Source of the DNA: the human T2T-CHM13v2.0 reference genome, Homo sapiens
DNA: 64,000 nucleotides
Direction: 5' to 3' (one strand)
NCBI RefSeq assembly: GCF_009914755.1
Contig: NC_060928.1
Below the pieces are notes generated by a model. The model saw only the letters and a list, made by a program, of their open reading frames with translations. It was not told the DNA's origin and did not search any database. Position 1 is the stretch's first letter; each line of letters opens with the position of its first letter. Position numbers and translations under genes: made by a program. Shown piece after piece: positions 1-21,167 of this stretch.

Positions 1-499
1 ACAATAACTGGTTCTTGTTTCAAGTCAATAAATTTTGGAGTGGTTTGCAGCACGAGGATAAAAGTAGGAACTGAAGGTTATTTATTACTGAGTAAGTAGA
101 AAGGTAACGTGGTGGATGTTTAAAAGGGGTACTCTGCAGCAGTTTGAGCAACAAATAAGATATATACAAAGCAACATGCAAGGATATTAGGAACAGTGCT
201 TACTTTAAAAAAGTAGGAAACAGAGTAAGATACATAACACCATTTATATAAATTTTAATTATATACAACAGGACATACAACCTCAACAAACTAAGAAAAT
301 ATACATTAATCAATTTAAATGTGATGCTTATTTCTGAGGGAGAAAGATAAGACTTGTGTAAAAAAGATTAAAGTAATGTCATTTTAAAAAATGAGTAAAA
401 TGAGGAGATATGAAATAGGCATCTAATTTTAGATTTATTTATTTATCTTTATATATCTTAGAGTTATTTTTAGGTCCCTAGTAAAGGGTGTTTTGTTTT

Positions 500-4650
<4,151 letters not shown>

Positions 4651-5188
4651 AGTATTTTGAAAGCTACGTCTTCTATGTTCTGGATGTTTAAAATAAATGT
4701 CCCTCTTTTCACTTCTCATCTTTTCCAAATAATGTTTCATACAGTTCCTCACTATTTTATTCAAGGGCCATCACAATCTGGTCCCACTGTACCTTTACCT
4801 GTCTAGCCTTATCTCTCAACCATACCTGTCTATATAGCCTAAACTCTAGTTAAACTACACTAACGAGCAGTAAACTACATTGACGGGCAGTGTCTAAATA
4901 AAATACAAAGTTCTTGGCAATCCTTTCTGGTTCATGATGTGTTCTCATTAATAAACAAATATTTTATTGAAAACCTACTGGGTTCCTGGCCCTGAGCAAT
5001 TCCAGTAAGCACAATGGATACAGTCTCTGACTTTATGGAGCACAGTGTGGAAACATTAAGCAAACAAGCACAAATATAAATATAGTCAAGTAAAACTTCC
5101 TAAATACATGAATTCAGGTAAGTCAACTGATAATTGGCTCCCGTCTTCCATCCTATCCTCAAAAAGCAGTCACAGAAGTACACAACTA

Positions 5189-5202
5189 CCACCAGGTGGC
5201 AC
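5189..5202 (+). promoter_or_regulatory. Candidate CTCF core motif
   Basis: CCACCAGGTGGCAC fits the consensus CCASYAGRKGGCRS at every position; binding not shown. Confidence 0.55.
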
Positions 5203-5999
5203 CAAACCACAGCTGGACCTTAGACTGATTTTGGATACCTTAGTCTGAATTCTGGAACCCATTTCATACACACACCTCTTCCTCCTATACCCAGACTGAC
5301 CCAGGCCATTTCATTAACCTCACATTAATGCCAGATTTTATGTGATTTGAACTTCTTGGAAGGTATTTACTACCTAATGGTGGGAACTGAATGCATGACA
5401 AGTTGTAGGTGCTAAAAACAAAACACATTAAATAATGGAGGGCTATGATAAAAAATAACAGAACAGTCCTAATTGAGATTTAAGAATATCAGCCAAGGCC
5501 TCTTTCTCTGTGAGAAAGTGACATTTAAACTATAATCTAAAGGACAACCAGGAGTTAGAAATTGAAAACTAGAAAATAATCTACTCCAGACAGAAAATGG
5601 CATGCGTGAACACCCTGTGGAGGTCAAGAGTTTGGATTAATGGAAGGATGAAAGGAGCACTGTGATTACAATAATTTGTATTGTGAGGGGAAGGGATATT
5701 ATATAATGCATCAGAGTACAATGCTTGAGCTTGGGCTCTGGGTTAAATCCTTGCTTCCACCACTTAAATAGCTATCTAGCCTTGGAAAAGTTATTCGGCC
5801 TAGGGTTGAGAGTGTGAAATATGTAATGTTAATATGTAAAACCCTAAAAACAATTCCTGGCAACATAGTAAAGAAACTTTAAATGTTAGAGCTGTCTTTT
5901 TTTTTTCCTTTTTGGGGGGTTGCTATTATTGTTATTGTTTCTAGATGAATGTGAGAAGCCAAATTATTCAGTGTCTTAAAGACCATATTAAAAACTCCT

Positions 6000-6291
6000 G
6001 CCAGGCGCAGCAGCACATGCCCATGATCCCAACTACTTGGGAGGCTGAGGCAGAAGGATCGCCTGAGTCCAGAAATGCTGGGCTATAGTGCACTAAGTCA
6101 ATTGGGTATCTGCACTAAGTTCGGCATAAACGTGAGGGACCACAAGGTTGCCTAAGGAGAGGTGAACCAGACCAGCCTGGAAACAGAGCAAGTCAAAACT
6201 CCTGTCCTGATGAGTAGTGGGACTGCACCTGTGCATAACCACTGTACTCCAGCTTGGGCATCATAACAAGACCATAACTCTTTAAAAAAAA
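6000..6291 (+). pseudogene. 7SL (SRP) RNA processed pseudogene with a short internal deletion
   Basis: Alu-domain ends enclose S-domain sequence (gcactaagttcggcat, ggttgcctaaggagaggtgaacc, gagcaagtcaaaactcc), followed by an A-rich tail. About 20 nt around gtgacctcccgggag are missing. Confidence 0.9.
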
Positions 6292-7957
6292 CATTTTTTT
6301 AACTGCATCCATTGAAATACAGAAAAAAAATAAAAATTAAGTGAAAACAATTTAAAAATACTCTGAATTTTATCTTAAGTGCAATTAGAATCCACTGAAA
6401 GATTTTAGGGAGGGAGTATCACTATTCCACTTACAAATTTATATTTTAAATCACTTTGGCTACTATGGTGAGCATAGATTGCTGGGGGTAGGAGGAGGAG
6501 GCAATAATGAAAACAGGCTGATTAGAAGGCCAAAGGCCATCAACATAGCTCATGTAAAAAAACTACAGAGTGAACTAGCCTAGTAGCAATGAAGATAGGA
6601 AGACTCGAGATATACTTTGGAGGCAAAATTAACATGATTTGGTAATGGACTGGGAGAAGGTAGGAAAAGGTATAAATAAATGACTTCTCAACTAGAAAAT
6701 TCTTTTCTTCCCAATGAAATTTTATTTATCCTCCCAAACTCAACTAAAATGTAAACTTCCCATCAGAATAGCTAAGATCTGTCTCCTTCACTATTATAAC
6801 ACTAATATTATTAAACCTTAGGTTATGAAGAGTTGTTTCCTTATATATTTTCCCCACAAATGAGTGAGTTTCTTTACAGGAGGGGCCATATCTAATTTCT
6901 TGCTCTAGTTCACATAAAAAAAACACAGTGCCACACACATCACAGGTCATCTCAGGTAACCCCACTAATGGTCTCAGATCCAGGACAACTCCTTATTCTT
7001 TTGTTCTTCCTTTGATAAGCACAAGAATTCAGTCTGCTTTCTTCTCCTTTCAGCTCTTCTATTTTTTGGAGTTCTGTTTTCCCTAAGACTAGCTGCAGAA
7101 TTAACTGCAGTCTCTCATTAGCCCTTCCCATTTCTTGTGGCCTCCAAAAACAAATATATGGGGATTCTTTTTGTAAAGTGCTTGGTACTAATTATTATGG
7201 AGAAACAGAGGATAACAAAATTAGACACAGGATTTATATGATCTTACAATAGTGGTCTCTGACCTATACAATACTTGACTCCTTTTGTAAGACGGTAAAC
7301 TGAATGCACTGGCTTCTGATCTTTACTTTTATTCCCAAGGATAAAGGTCACTAAAGGTTCTTCCTTTTTTATGGAGGCCTCCCTTCCCAGAACATAGGCC
7401 TTCAGATGAAGCCTAGCCAAAATAATCAGTGCTTCTTGTCTCAAGTAAATAACTTGCACCTGATAGCCTCCTAAGTATGTAATATTAGCAATGGAATTAA
7501 AAACAAATGTAATTCTGCCAGCCTTGTTTTTCCAAACAAAATGAAAAAAGCTTAATGTTGTAAACCTAGATACTAACTATAGACCAATGTCCCTAAAGAA
7601 AAAGATAAAAAAAAAAAAGGGGGGGATGTCAAGTTTATTCAAGAAAGTAAATGTCTCAAAAAGAAATTACCACCTTTTAATTTCTTTCTCCTCTTGAACC
7701 AAGTTCTTGGTTTCCTCTTCAAAAGAAGTTTTTCATTCTCAGTAATTATTCTAAATCCTGCCTTTATTTTCCAACTATTACACATCAGAAAAAAGGTCAT
7801 ATGGGGAAAAAAATTCAGATTTTCCTGAAAGACTTGTCAAACACCATATATAAGAAGTATCAGGGCCGGGCGCAGTGGCTCACGCCTGTCATCCCAGCAC
7901 TTTGGGAGGCCGAGGTGGGTGGATCACGAGGTCAAGACATCGAGACCATCCTGGCTA

Positions 7958-8490
<533 letters not shown>

Positions 8491-8796
8491 CTAGATCGGA
8501 GACATAAATGTTTTTTTTTTTCCCCCCTGAGACAGGGTCTCGCTCTGTCAGAATGCAGTGTCAGGATCACAGCTCACTGCAGCCTTGACCTACCAAGTGC
8601 AAGCAATCTGCCCACCTCAGCCTCCAAGTGGCTGGGACTTCAGGCACCTGCCACTATGCCCGACTAATTTTTGTATTTTTTGTACAGATGGGGTTTTGCC
8701 ATATTGCCCAGGCTAACCTTTTCTTTTTGATGTAAAACTTTCTCATGATCTTTTGCAAGTTCATCTACTGATAAGAAAATCTCCCAAGTTCTAGCT

Positions 8797-9500
8797 GTGA
8801 TATTGTGAAATATGTGTGAAATATATATATTTAGTCTTGCTCCCCATTTCCTGGCATACAAGTCCTAAAATCCTTGGAATCTCCAAAGTAGTAAGTGTTC
8901 TTTTGTGTGCTAAAGATTGAGTAATGGCTGGCAGCCCCTAGGTATCTTCAGGATGGGGGCTAGTCACCAGAAAGACCAAGGCAGGATTATAGGGTTGGGA
9001 CTTTCAGCCCCACTCCCAACCTCTGGGCCTCGGGAAACAGGGCTGAAGGTTAAGTCAACCACCAATAGCCAATGACTTAATCAATCATGCCTACTTAATC
9101 AAGCTTCCATAAAAACCCAAAAGGAATGAGTTCAGAGACTTTCCTGATAGCTGAACATGTGGAGGTTCCTGGAGTGTGGCATGCCCAGCAAGGGCATGGG
9201 ACCTCCATGACCCTTCCCCAATACTTCACGCCCTATGCATTTCTTCATCTGTATCCTTTAAATATCCTTTATGATAAACTGGTAAATGTGTTTCTCAGAG
9301 GATCTGATGCTATCTCCAAGTAGACAGTGTCAGAACTGAATTGAATTAGAGGACACCCAGCTGGTGTCCACTACAGAACTGACTGACTAGTTTATTGGTC
9401 GGGAGAAATCCCACACACTTCATGGTAATCAGATGTCCCAGAGGTCTTCTGTGTTAACTGTTGAGAGCATAGTGAGACAAAGAGTTTGCTTTTCTACTCA
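8797..9500 (+). mobile_element. MER21-family solo LTR
   Basis: Starts tgtgatattgtgaaatat; contains gtcaccagaaagaccaaggcaggatt, ttaatcaatcatgcctac and gaattagaggacacccagctggtgtc. Confidence 0.8.
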
Positions 9501-9804
9501 CTAACAAATAATTGTTTAAAGATATTCTTAAGTCCTGAAAAATAATTGCATATTATCACCACCCAGTTTAATATAAAACATATGAAAAGTATTTTAGTTA
9601 AATAAAAAAAGTAATTGCTCATTCCCTTCAAGTAGTGTATATATTTTGGCATATTTACAAAGTGAAAAGAAATCAAACACCCAATTATGACCAAACACTG
9701 ACTTTAAACCAGGAGAAAACAGCATAGGACTTCTTTCATTTAAAAACAAAAACAAACAACAACAAAAAACTGTTATTCTAATGAAAATAAAGGCTATAAA
9801 GCTA

Positions 9805-10023
<219 letters not shown>

Positions 10024-10133
10024 TCAGGAGGCTGAGGCAGGAGAATAACTTGAGCCCGAAAGGCGAGGTTGCCGTGAGCTGAGATCGTGCCACTGCACCC
10101 CAGCCTGGAAGACACAGTGAGACTCTGTCTCAA

Positions 10134-10165
<32 letters not shown>

Positions 10166-11197
10166 AATATAGGAATGTAAAAAATTTAAAAAGTCATAGT
10201 TAGTCCTACTTCACCTCCTAATTCCACTCCCAAATCATAACCAATTACTGCAAACAGGCTGAGTTCTTAGCATTGTTCCCTGATTTTTCCATCAATGAGG
10301 ACAGGAAAATCTTTCTGATTTTTTATGGTATTGTTACACACATAAAAAATTAAAAATAATGAGATTTAGGAATACTTAATTCCATTTGACTTGTTCCTCT
10401 GCCTCTAACCAGAGGCCTTCACTGTCAACTCTCATGATGACATTTAAATGGGACCTACCACAATAGCAATAATGTAATCTGGAACATTTGAATTCACTAC
10501 CATACTTGGCAATTCTTTCCCTCACCTTTCCCCAACCCTATCTACTCTATAATACTATTATTTGCCTGAATGCTCATTTTTTGCAACTTAGTAAGCTTCT
10601 TTGAGGCTAGAAAGCATGTGTTATTCAACAACGAATTGTTCACTTTCTAGGAGCCATGGCAGTAATATAGGTAATGTGTACATGATAAATGTTAAGATTA
10701 CCAATTAACTATCTCAATTGTACCTAATAACTGTCATATGGAAAGGGAGAGGAAAAAAACTATCCACTGCTTTAACTGCTTGAAAAGAATAATTCATGAG
10801 TTTATTATTTTAGCTTAATTCCATATATTTACTTTAAAGAACAATTTCAAGTTATATAATTTGATTTGTGACAAAGTAATTTTACTGTAGTGCAAACTTA
10901 CATGTTTTGTCCACTAGATTCTAAGTACCATAAATGTAGAGACTTTGCCTTTCTTGTCTACATTGTAGCCCCGTGCCTTAAAATAATGCCTTGCATTTAC
11001 TAGGTGCTCAATGAATGCTTAATGATGAATAGTAATGATGTGTTACACTATTTCATACACCTGAAAGGACTTTACCATCCTTTTACTCCCCAAAACAATT
11101 TTTTATGATGGGTATAATATAGTAAGAAACTACAGAGTTAACTGAATTTTAACAATGGCAGAAACTCCCTTTCTGTGCTGTCATTTCCAACACTCTA

Positions 11198-11383
<186 letters not shown>

Positions 11384-11524
11384 TCACACCTGTAGTCCCA
11401 GCTACTTGGGAGGCTGAGGTGGGAGGACTGCTTAATCCCAGGAGTTCAAGGTAGCAGTGAGGTATAATGACACCACTGCACTCCATCTTGGGCAACAGAG
11501 TAAAACCCTGCCTCAAAATAATAA

Positions 11525-11697
11525 CGATCCCTGGCCAACAGCAGCCTTATCACCTAGGGACTTGTTAGAAATGCAAATTCTCCAGTTCTACCACAGATCC
11601 ACTGAATCAGAAGTCCTGGGGATGGGTCCAGCAATCTGTATTTTAACAAGCCCTTCTGATAATTCTTATGTATGCTTAAGTTTAAGAACCATTGGCC
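11525..11697. mobile_element. MER5A (hAT-Charlie MITE)
   Basis: cttgttagaaatgcaaattctc...actgaatcagaa...gcaatctgtattttaacaagccc...gtttaagaaccattg. Confidence 0.8.
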
Positions 11698-12119
11698 ATG
11701 GAAATTTTTGTCATGGAGATAGAAGGGATCTTAAACCAACAAAGAGGTCATTAAAATATTTAATAAACATTTAAAGAAATATATTAAATGTTCAGCCAAA
11801 GAAATTAAATTCTCACTCCATTAACGAATATGAAAAATTACCACTACATGACTGAGAGGCTTTTTTTCCTTTAAAAAAAGAATACAGCAGGGATCATAAA
11901 ACTGTACTTAAAATGTGACATATTTAAACTGGCTTTCAGATCCCTAGTATGGATTATTAGAGAAAAGAGAATGGAAGTAGGGCAGAACATAGAGGAAGAA
12001 AGGATGATGAAAAAAAAGGTAGATGACAGTTAAAATAATACATGGGTGAGACCTGGGAACAATAGTTTTTTAGCTTCTAACTAAAATTTAGCTCTTTCGT
12101 TTTAAATAAAAGCACAAAC

Positions 12120-12812
<693 letters not shown>

Positions 12813-13019
12813 ACAATCTAAGAACTGACCACTGAATTTAAAAAAGGAAAAAAACAAAGGAAAACCTTACAAAATTTAACAGGTAAGAGCTATTAAAAGT
12901 TCTGTTGACCCCCTCTGAGTGATAGGCCTCTTTATAAATAGACATTCACAGACAACTACCCTCTTCACCACTACTACCACCTCCTTGAAACATATTTGTG
13001 TTAAAAACCTCTTGTTAAA

Positions 13020-13160
13020 ACAAAACAATAAATGTTTGAGGTGATGGATATCCCAATTACTCTGACTTTATCATTACACATTATATATATGTATCAAAAT
13101 ATCATACGTACCCCAAAATATGTACGATTATAAACCAATTTTTAAAATACAAAAAAATCA
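13020..13160 (+). mobile_element. L1MA-type extreme 3' end
   Basis: gaggtgatggatatcccaattactctgact...catacgtaccccaaaatatgtac followed by an A-rich tail. Confidence 0.7.
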
Positions 13161-15274
13161 AACTAAAACACAACACCAAGGGTAATAACAATCAACAGCT
13201 AATAACTATAGTTAAAAGAGACAGAGAGGCATCTTTACCATGCAATCAGGGAATTTTCACATTTTAGGGGAATCAAAAAAAAGCACCTCTCAATAGCTAA
13301 ACAGACTTCTATTAGTAACTCCCTTAATCTTCTTGTACTAAACATTTGGGTATTCTAGATTTAGAAACATGTGAATGTTGGAAAGGTAATATGATACACA
13401 TACCAAATATAACATAACAACTCTCACAAGTATGGGATAGCACCACATGATAAAACTGATAAATACCGGAAAGATCAAGAAATCCTTCCTAGAGAAATGT
13501 CTGATCACAGATAAAAACAGAGGGGCTGAGTTTTTAGGCAAAGTGTAAACCTTACCAAGTTGTGGAAGCTAGAGAGCCAGGAGAAGAGAAAAAAAAAAAG
13601 GCATGGTAAGAGCTAAAACTGAAAAGGTGAGAATGTGTATCTTTAAGGCATTTGATTTTATCCAGAATGTCATGATAATTAATACAAGGGCTTTATGAAA
13701 GAAAATGACAATCAATTTGTCGATGATAGGCTGTCATTAAATTTTTTAAAAAAGAAATGACAAAGTACATTTTAGAAAACTTATACTAGCAGCAGTATGA
13801 AGAATGTATTGAGCTTTCTTCATGCCAGGCACCATGCTTAACACTGGGAATACCTTATTATTAGTTTTCAGAACAGTGAGAGATAACTACTGTATTCTTC
13901 ATTTTGCAGATGAGGAAACTCGTACTAACAGAAAGTAAGTGGCTTCCTCAAGGTTATACAGATTAAATTAACGATAGAAGGGAGACACAATTCTCTTTTG
14001 ATTTATGGTAGCAAAATGGAAATTCAGAACATTTTATTAATAACTATGTTATGGAAGCTTATTAAAAAACAAAAACTACAGAATCTCTCAGGCCCCAAAG
14101 CAGCACTCTAGAACAGAAACAGTCCCATCCTAGCAATCAGGAGACCAGGGTTTCTGGACCTGCTCCATTGCTAACTAGCTCTTTTGAAGAGGTGGACTAG
14201 ATTACCCTAAAATCCATTCATATTCTAAAAAAAAAAAAAATTCTGTGCTTTCTAAAAATGCCACAGAATGACTAAAAAGCACACTCAAAATAGCAGACTA
14301 GGGTTGTGGGGAGGTGGTTAATGGATAAGAAGGCAACAAAACATACCCTGCTCTGAGAACAGACTTGTCTTTATTAAACAGGTAAATGTCCGTGGGTAGA
14401 AAAAAAAATAAAAGAATCGAAGAACTGGTTGTTAAGGAAGGTCACAGAAGACTCTCAAACGAGGGGAACAGAACAACCTTCAAACTCACACATCTGAACA
14501 TTTTAAGATCCGGGGCCCAAATAAGTATGCTTCCTGCCCCGTGTCTAGAACTGTTAAGAGTAACTCTGATGCAATGATCGAATGAGGAGGCATCATAGCA
14601 ACTCTTCTTTATTTAAAGAAAAACATCATGGAAAGTATCTTCTGCCAAAGATACTATGTTATCTCCCTGAAAAAGCCCTCATATACCTTAAGGAGAGCAT
14701 AGTAAACAAGCATCATTGCCACAAATAACCTGCTGGTATAAATCTAACTTTATTTTTTTTTTCAGGAAGATGCTTCAATAATTTCAAAAAGTAAAGCTAA
14801 CAACATTTTAGTTTCTTGGTCCAACAATTATTTCTGGTCACTAATGTAAGACAACTTGGGGTCTGGCCAGTACTCCTAACCCACAGTATTTAACTGTCTG
14901 ATTTACAAAATTAAAAAATTAAAACCTAGTTGAGAAAAATGCACTACCACGGCATGAGACGAGCAGCATTAAGAAGCAGCAGACTTAATGAGGTAAAAGG
15001 CTAAATATAATACAGTTTATTAAATGAGAATTTTAGTCCCTTGGCTATTTATGACTGTGCCAAAGTAGTACTAACAAGCCAGGTGGTCCTGCTCTAAAGG
15101 TATAAGGCTGTTCTATAAGACATTTAGTCTTAAGAGATAATCTCTTAAAAGAGATACCTCTTCTTTAGAATCACATTTGCATATTAAAACATCTGAGAAG
15201 TCTTCCTGTAAATAAATCTGTTTAATTTTCCTTCACCCAGCATTTTCTAAACTTATTTAATGAAAAACCCATTT

Positions 15275-15620
15275 TTCACAGCCATAAAAAGGAATGAAAT
15301 CGTGTCCTTTGTAGCAACATGGAACAGCCGGAGGCTAACGCACAGACAAAAACCCAAATATCACACTTACAAGTGGGAGCTAAATTTTGGGTTCACAAAA
15401 TACATAAAGATGGGAATAACAGTCACTGGGGATTCCAAAAGGAGGGAGGGAGGAACAGAGGGAGGGAGAAAGGAGCAAGGATATTTTTAAAACTTCCCAC
15501 GTGTACTGTGTTCACTATCTGGGTGATGGGATCAATAGAAGCCCAAACCTCAGCATCATGCAGTATACTCTCGTAACAAACCTGCACATGTACCCCCTGA
15601 ATCTAAAATAAAAAGAAACG
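15275..15620 (+). mobile_element. L1PA16/17-like 3' end
   Basis: gccataaaaaggaatgaaat...gaagcccaaacctcagcatc...gtaacaaacctgcacatgtaccccctgaatctaaaataaaa. Confidence 0.8.
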
Positions 15621-18328
15621 TTAAAAAATATTTTTGTGTTATAATTAATATTGTATATTAGAAATCGCTTTGAAAAAGAACGCTATTTTTTGATGTAAGC
15701 ATCTTCTAAGTACTAGCCATATCAACTAATCAGAAAAACTTTTAAGAAATTTACACTCAAAGCTATGTCTGTGCTATTGGTGTAAAAGAAGAAAAAACTA
15801 CCTAATCACAATAACAAGATTAAGACTCTTAAAGTGGCAAAATAAGATAAAGCTGCTGACCATAGCAGAGCACATGCTCTGGGGTCCTGGTCCTTCCCCC
15901 AAAACAATATGATGGGCTTACGTCACATTTTCTTGCCCAGTTCCTGTTGTGACCAAAGACAGACATCTGTAAGGCAGCTATCCAGGGACAAAATGTTTGA
16001 GAATGGCCATGGAATAAAACTAACTAAAGATAAAACCTGGGTACTAAAAAAAAACTAATCTTTGTTTCATGAAACACCTTTCTAATCCGGAGACTGAACT
16101 GACAACCATATCATAGACAATCATATTTTTTCATGCTTTTACAGAATGAAGTTATTAAAAAACAGCATCTCAGAATTGAAAATTATAAAGAAATCTGGTT
16201 TGAACACCTACCTGACACTTGAATTCTCTTTACAATATCCCTAAGTGGCATTCTAGTTCTTGCTTTAAAATCTCCAGTTGTAAAGATACTCACAACCTCT
16301 CATTCCATCTTAAACAACTGCACTGCTTAGGAGCTATGATTTGAATCTTTATCTAAATCCCTATAAAAATGAGAACTTGTCACTAATAGGCCAACCTACT
16401 CCAAAACAATTGTTGTTAAACTAAAAGATCACTTCTTTTTGGCAATTAAAAAACACACATATCCGGAATCTTCCATACTTCTATTGTAAATATTCCATTA
16501 TATCATTAATAAACAGGATAGTAATTATCTTAAGGAAGAAGGAAAGGGGAAAATTAAATTCGGGAACATAAGATGTATTTAAATTAACACTGCTGCCAAT
16601 ATTTTATTAATTTTAGTAGTACATACTTATTAGTTGAATTTTTCAGTTTTTTAGAATATTCTAAATATTGTGTATTACATTTTTTAAAAAGAAAAAAAAT
16701 CCATTATAAAGCCCTTTGATATATATTTAGTTGCAAAGGCTCAAATCATAGCTCTTCTGTATATAATTCTCTTTATGGTATCTACTATGACACCTAAGGC
16801 CTAGAACACTGTCGATGATGCCAGTGGAAATAAAAACCAGCAGTTGTTTGTATGCAGCGCTGAAAATACAGATAGAGTTTCAAGATAACTTTTACTTACA
16901 AGTTAGTCCTCAAAGACATCAAGACCAAAAGAAATATATTAACTTACGCTGTCTAGTCCAAATGATCAAAATGATATACTTTTTTTTTTTTGGAGACAGG
17001 GTCTTGCTTGTTTGCCCAGGCTGGAGCAGTGGCGCCATCACAGCTCAATGCAACCTTGAACTCCTGGGACTGCAAGGAGTAGCTGGGACTACAGGTCCAT
17101 GCCACCATACCAACCTTTTTTTTTTTTTTTTTGTACAGACAAGGTCTCAATATAAAATAATATTCCTATTACACAATTGACTTAAAGGCCACCAGCCTAG
17201 ATAAATACCTAACAAATTCAACAAATAGGCATGGCATTCAATCAGGACTCGCTGTTTTGAGTCTCGCCCAGGTCCTGGAAAAACCCAAAAGTTTATACAA
17301 ATGGGCATGGACAATGGATAAGAGACAATGATTCCTCCTCCTGAAACAACACCGTACAAAGCATCTACCTTGTTAACTCCAAAAAGAAAGGCTGGCTGAG
17401 CAACTATTTTAATCTCTACTACTTTTAACTTAGTGTAGGCAATGAGCACACCTATACCCCAAATCTGGAGAGGTAGACAACTTAGTGGAAGGTGAAAAAG
17501 AACAGTTAGCTAGATATCAGGGAGCTATGAATGAGAAACCAAGGAGTTCAGACTTTAAGTAATTCTTTGACTGTCCTATTCCTTTTTTCATTTACAGCAC
17601 TTACTATTTTGAAAAAAACTAAATTTGTATTTTTCAAAACTGCTCAAAACTTTTAAAAGGCTCCTCACTGCCCTTTAGACTTATCTGATCCAAGAAACAG
17701 ATACAAAGCTTTAAAAGCCCTCAGCAATAAGATTTTTTTCTATTTTGCCTCTTACACCTCATTTTAATCCCCTTTCTTTCTCATAATTCATATCTAGCCC
17801 TACTGAATCTCTTTCAGCAACTCAGATAGCCTTGTTTTTCTTCCTCCAGACTTTCAACCTTGCTATTCTCTGCCTGAATAATTACTTCAGATGTCACATC
17901 CTCAGGAAGGCATTCTCCTGCTGTTTACTCCCATAAACTTTTAATTAATCCTATCATAATTCTCATCACATTTTATCATAATAACATGTTTAATAAATTG
18001 TTCATCTTCTACACATAGCTGAAAGCCTGGTGAGGGCAAAGAGAGGGTCTTGTTTACCACAAGATATTCAGCTCTGAGGCTGGGACATTGCAGGTCCTCA
18101 GTAAGCACTGACAGATGGCTGAATGGAGGTATGGATTTGCCTAGGGATATGTGTTAAAGCATTCGTATTTGTACATCTAAGAAAATCTTAAAAACTATCT
18201 CTACTTGGCAACACTTGTAACCTTGTTTGCTACTCATTTAAAATTCTATATAATCCACAGTTAGCCTTCTCCTCAGTCTGAATTAATAAAATTGTATTAT
18301 TTAGATACACTGTTGTATAGCAAAAATT

Positions 18329-18380
18329 TTTTTTTAATTTTTTTAGTATTTATTGATCATTCTTGGGTGTTTCTCGGAGA
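18329..18380 (-). mobile_element. Extremely 5'-truncated SVA (SINE-R 3' end plus A tail)
   Basis: Minus strand reads TCTCCGAGAAACACCCAAGAATGATCAATAAATACTAAAAAAATTAAAAAAA. TSD tgtatagcaaaa(a)tt at 18314-18328 and 18381-18394. Confidence 0.88.
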
Positions 18381-18982
18381 TGTATAGCAAAATTAAAAGT
18401 TAACTAGTGTTTCTTTAAAAAGTCTCTCTGAATCACTTGAACCAGGAGGCGGAAGTTTCAGGGAGCCAGAATTGCACCACTGCACTCCAGCCTGAGTGAC
18501 GGAACAAGACTCCGTATCAAAAAAGATAAATAAAAAAAATTTTTTAAGTCTCTCTGAATACAAAGGAATGAATGGCTACTAGTTTCCAAAGTCAAACAAA
18601 TATCTTTTAATGATCTATCGTCTAGATATACTTTTCTTTCCTTTTACATAAAACAGATGTTTCTTGGTATACAAACATCATCTAAAATCATTCCTTTTCA
18701 TCTAGGCAAGGTAGCTCATGCCTATAATCCCAGCACTGTGGGAGGCCAAGGTGGGAGAATTGCTTGAGCCCAGTAGTATGAGACCAGCCTGGGCAACATA
18801 CTGAGATCTTGTCTCTGCAAATAATAAAAAAGTTAGCTGAGTGTCGTGGCATTTGCCTGTAGTCCCAGCTACTAGGGAGGCTAAGGTGGGAGGAGCACTA
18901 CAGCCGGGACAGTCAAGGCTCCAGTGAGCCATGATCATACCACTGCACTCCAGCCTGGGTGACAAAGAGAGACCCTGTCTCA

Positions 18983-19207
<225 letters not shown>

Positions 19208-19368
19208 TCATGCCTGTAATCCCAGTACCTTGGGAGACCAAGGAGGACAGATCGAGTCACTTGATGTCAGGAGTTTGAGACCAGCCTGGCCAACATGGTG
19301 AAAGCCCGTCTCTACTAAAAATACAAAAATCAGCCAGGCCTGGTGGTGGGCACCTGTAATCCCAGCTA

Positions 19369-19492
<124 letters not shown>

Positions 19493-20085
19493 TTAAAAGT
19501 AAATAAAATCATTCCTTTTCATTTCTGCTTTATTAATTGACAGAGTAGGTCTTTGCTTTTGGCCACTATTTTCTCCTTCACATAATTAATAATCTGTAAA
19601 ACATATATTCAAGTGCACTAAAAATCGTGCTATTTTAACGAGCCCTTAAAGGATCCTGTTTTTAAATGACAGCTTAAAAAGCAGAAGCTTCATTTCATTT
19701 TCTTTTTAGATCTCAAAGTTATACTAATTAAGTGATATTCAATTAGGATAACACTCTATTGAAGTAAATATGTCATATTAAAATAGATTTTCTTTTTCTA
19801 TATACTCCATAATTTGATACCTTATGGTTATTTTGTATAATTTTAAACAATATGGTTATATGATTTTTTTACTTAAATGTCCTCTCTTAAAAGACATCAA
19901 AGAATTTAGAGGCCGGGGCATGGTTGCTCACGCCTGTAATCCCAGCACTTTGGGAGGCCAAGGCAGGCAGATCATGAGGTCAGGAGATCGAGACCATTCT
20001 GGCCAACATGGTGAAACCCCATCTCTACTAAAAATACAAAAATTAGCCAGGTGTGGTGGTGCGCGCCTGTAATCTCAGTTACTCA

Positions 20086-21167
<1,082 letters not shown>

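Noticed and set aside
4851-4890. 20-bp two-copy repeat (similar short duplications at ~38118-38150 and 44416-44484) as CRISPR-like arrays
   Set aside because: Two-copy tandem duplications without spacers in primate DNA; ordinary slippage products.
6000-6291. Functional SRP RNA genes (also 60750-61055)
   Set aside because: Heavy CpG decay, a deletion in the first copy and A-rich tails indicate retrocopies.
17147-17449. 100-aa ORF in unique sequence
   Set aside because: Non-ATG start, no recognisable homology or splice context; length is compatible with chance.
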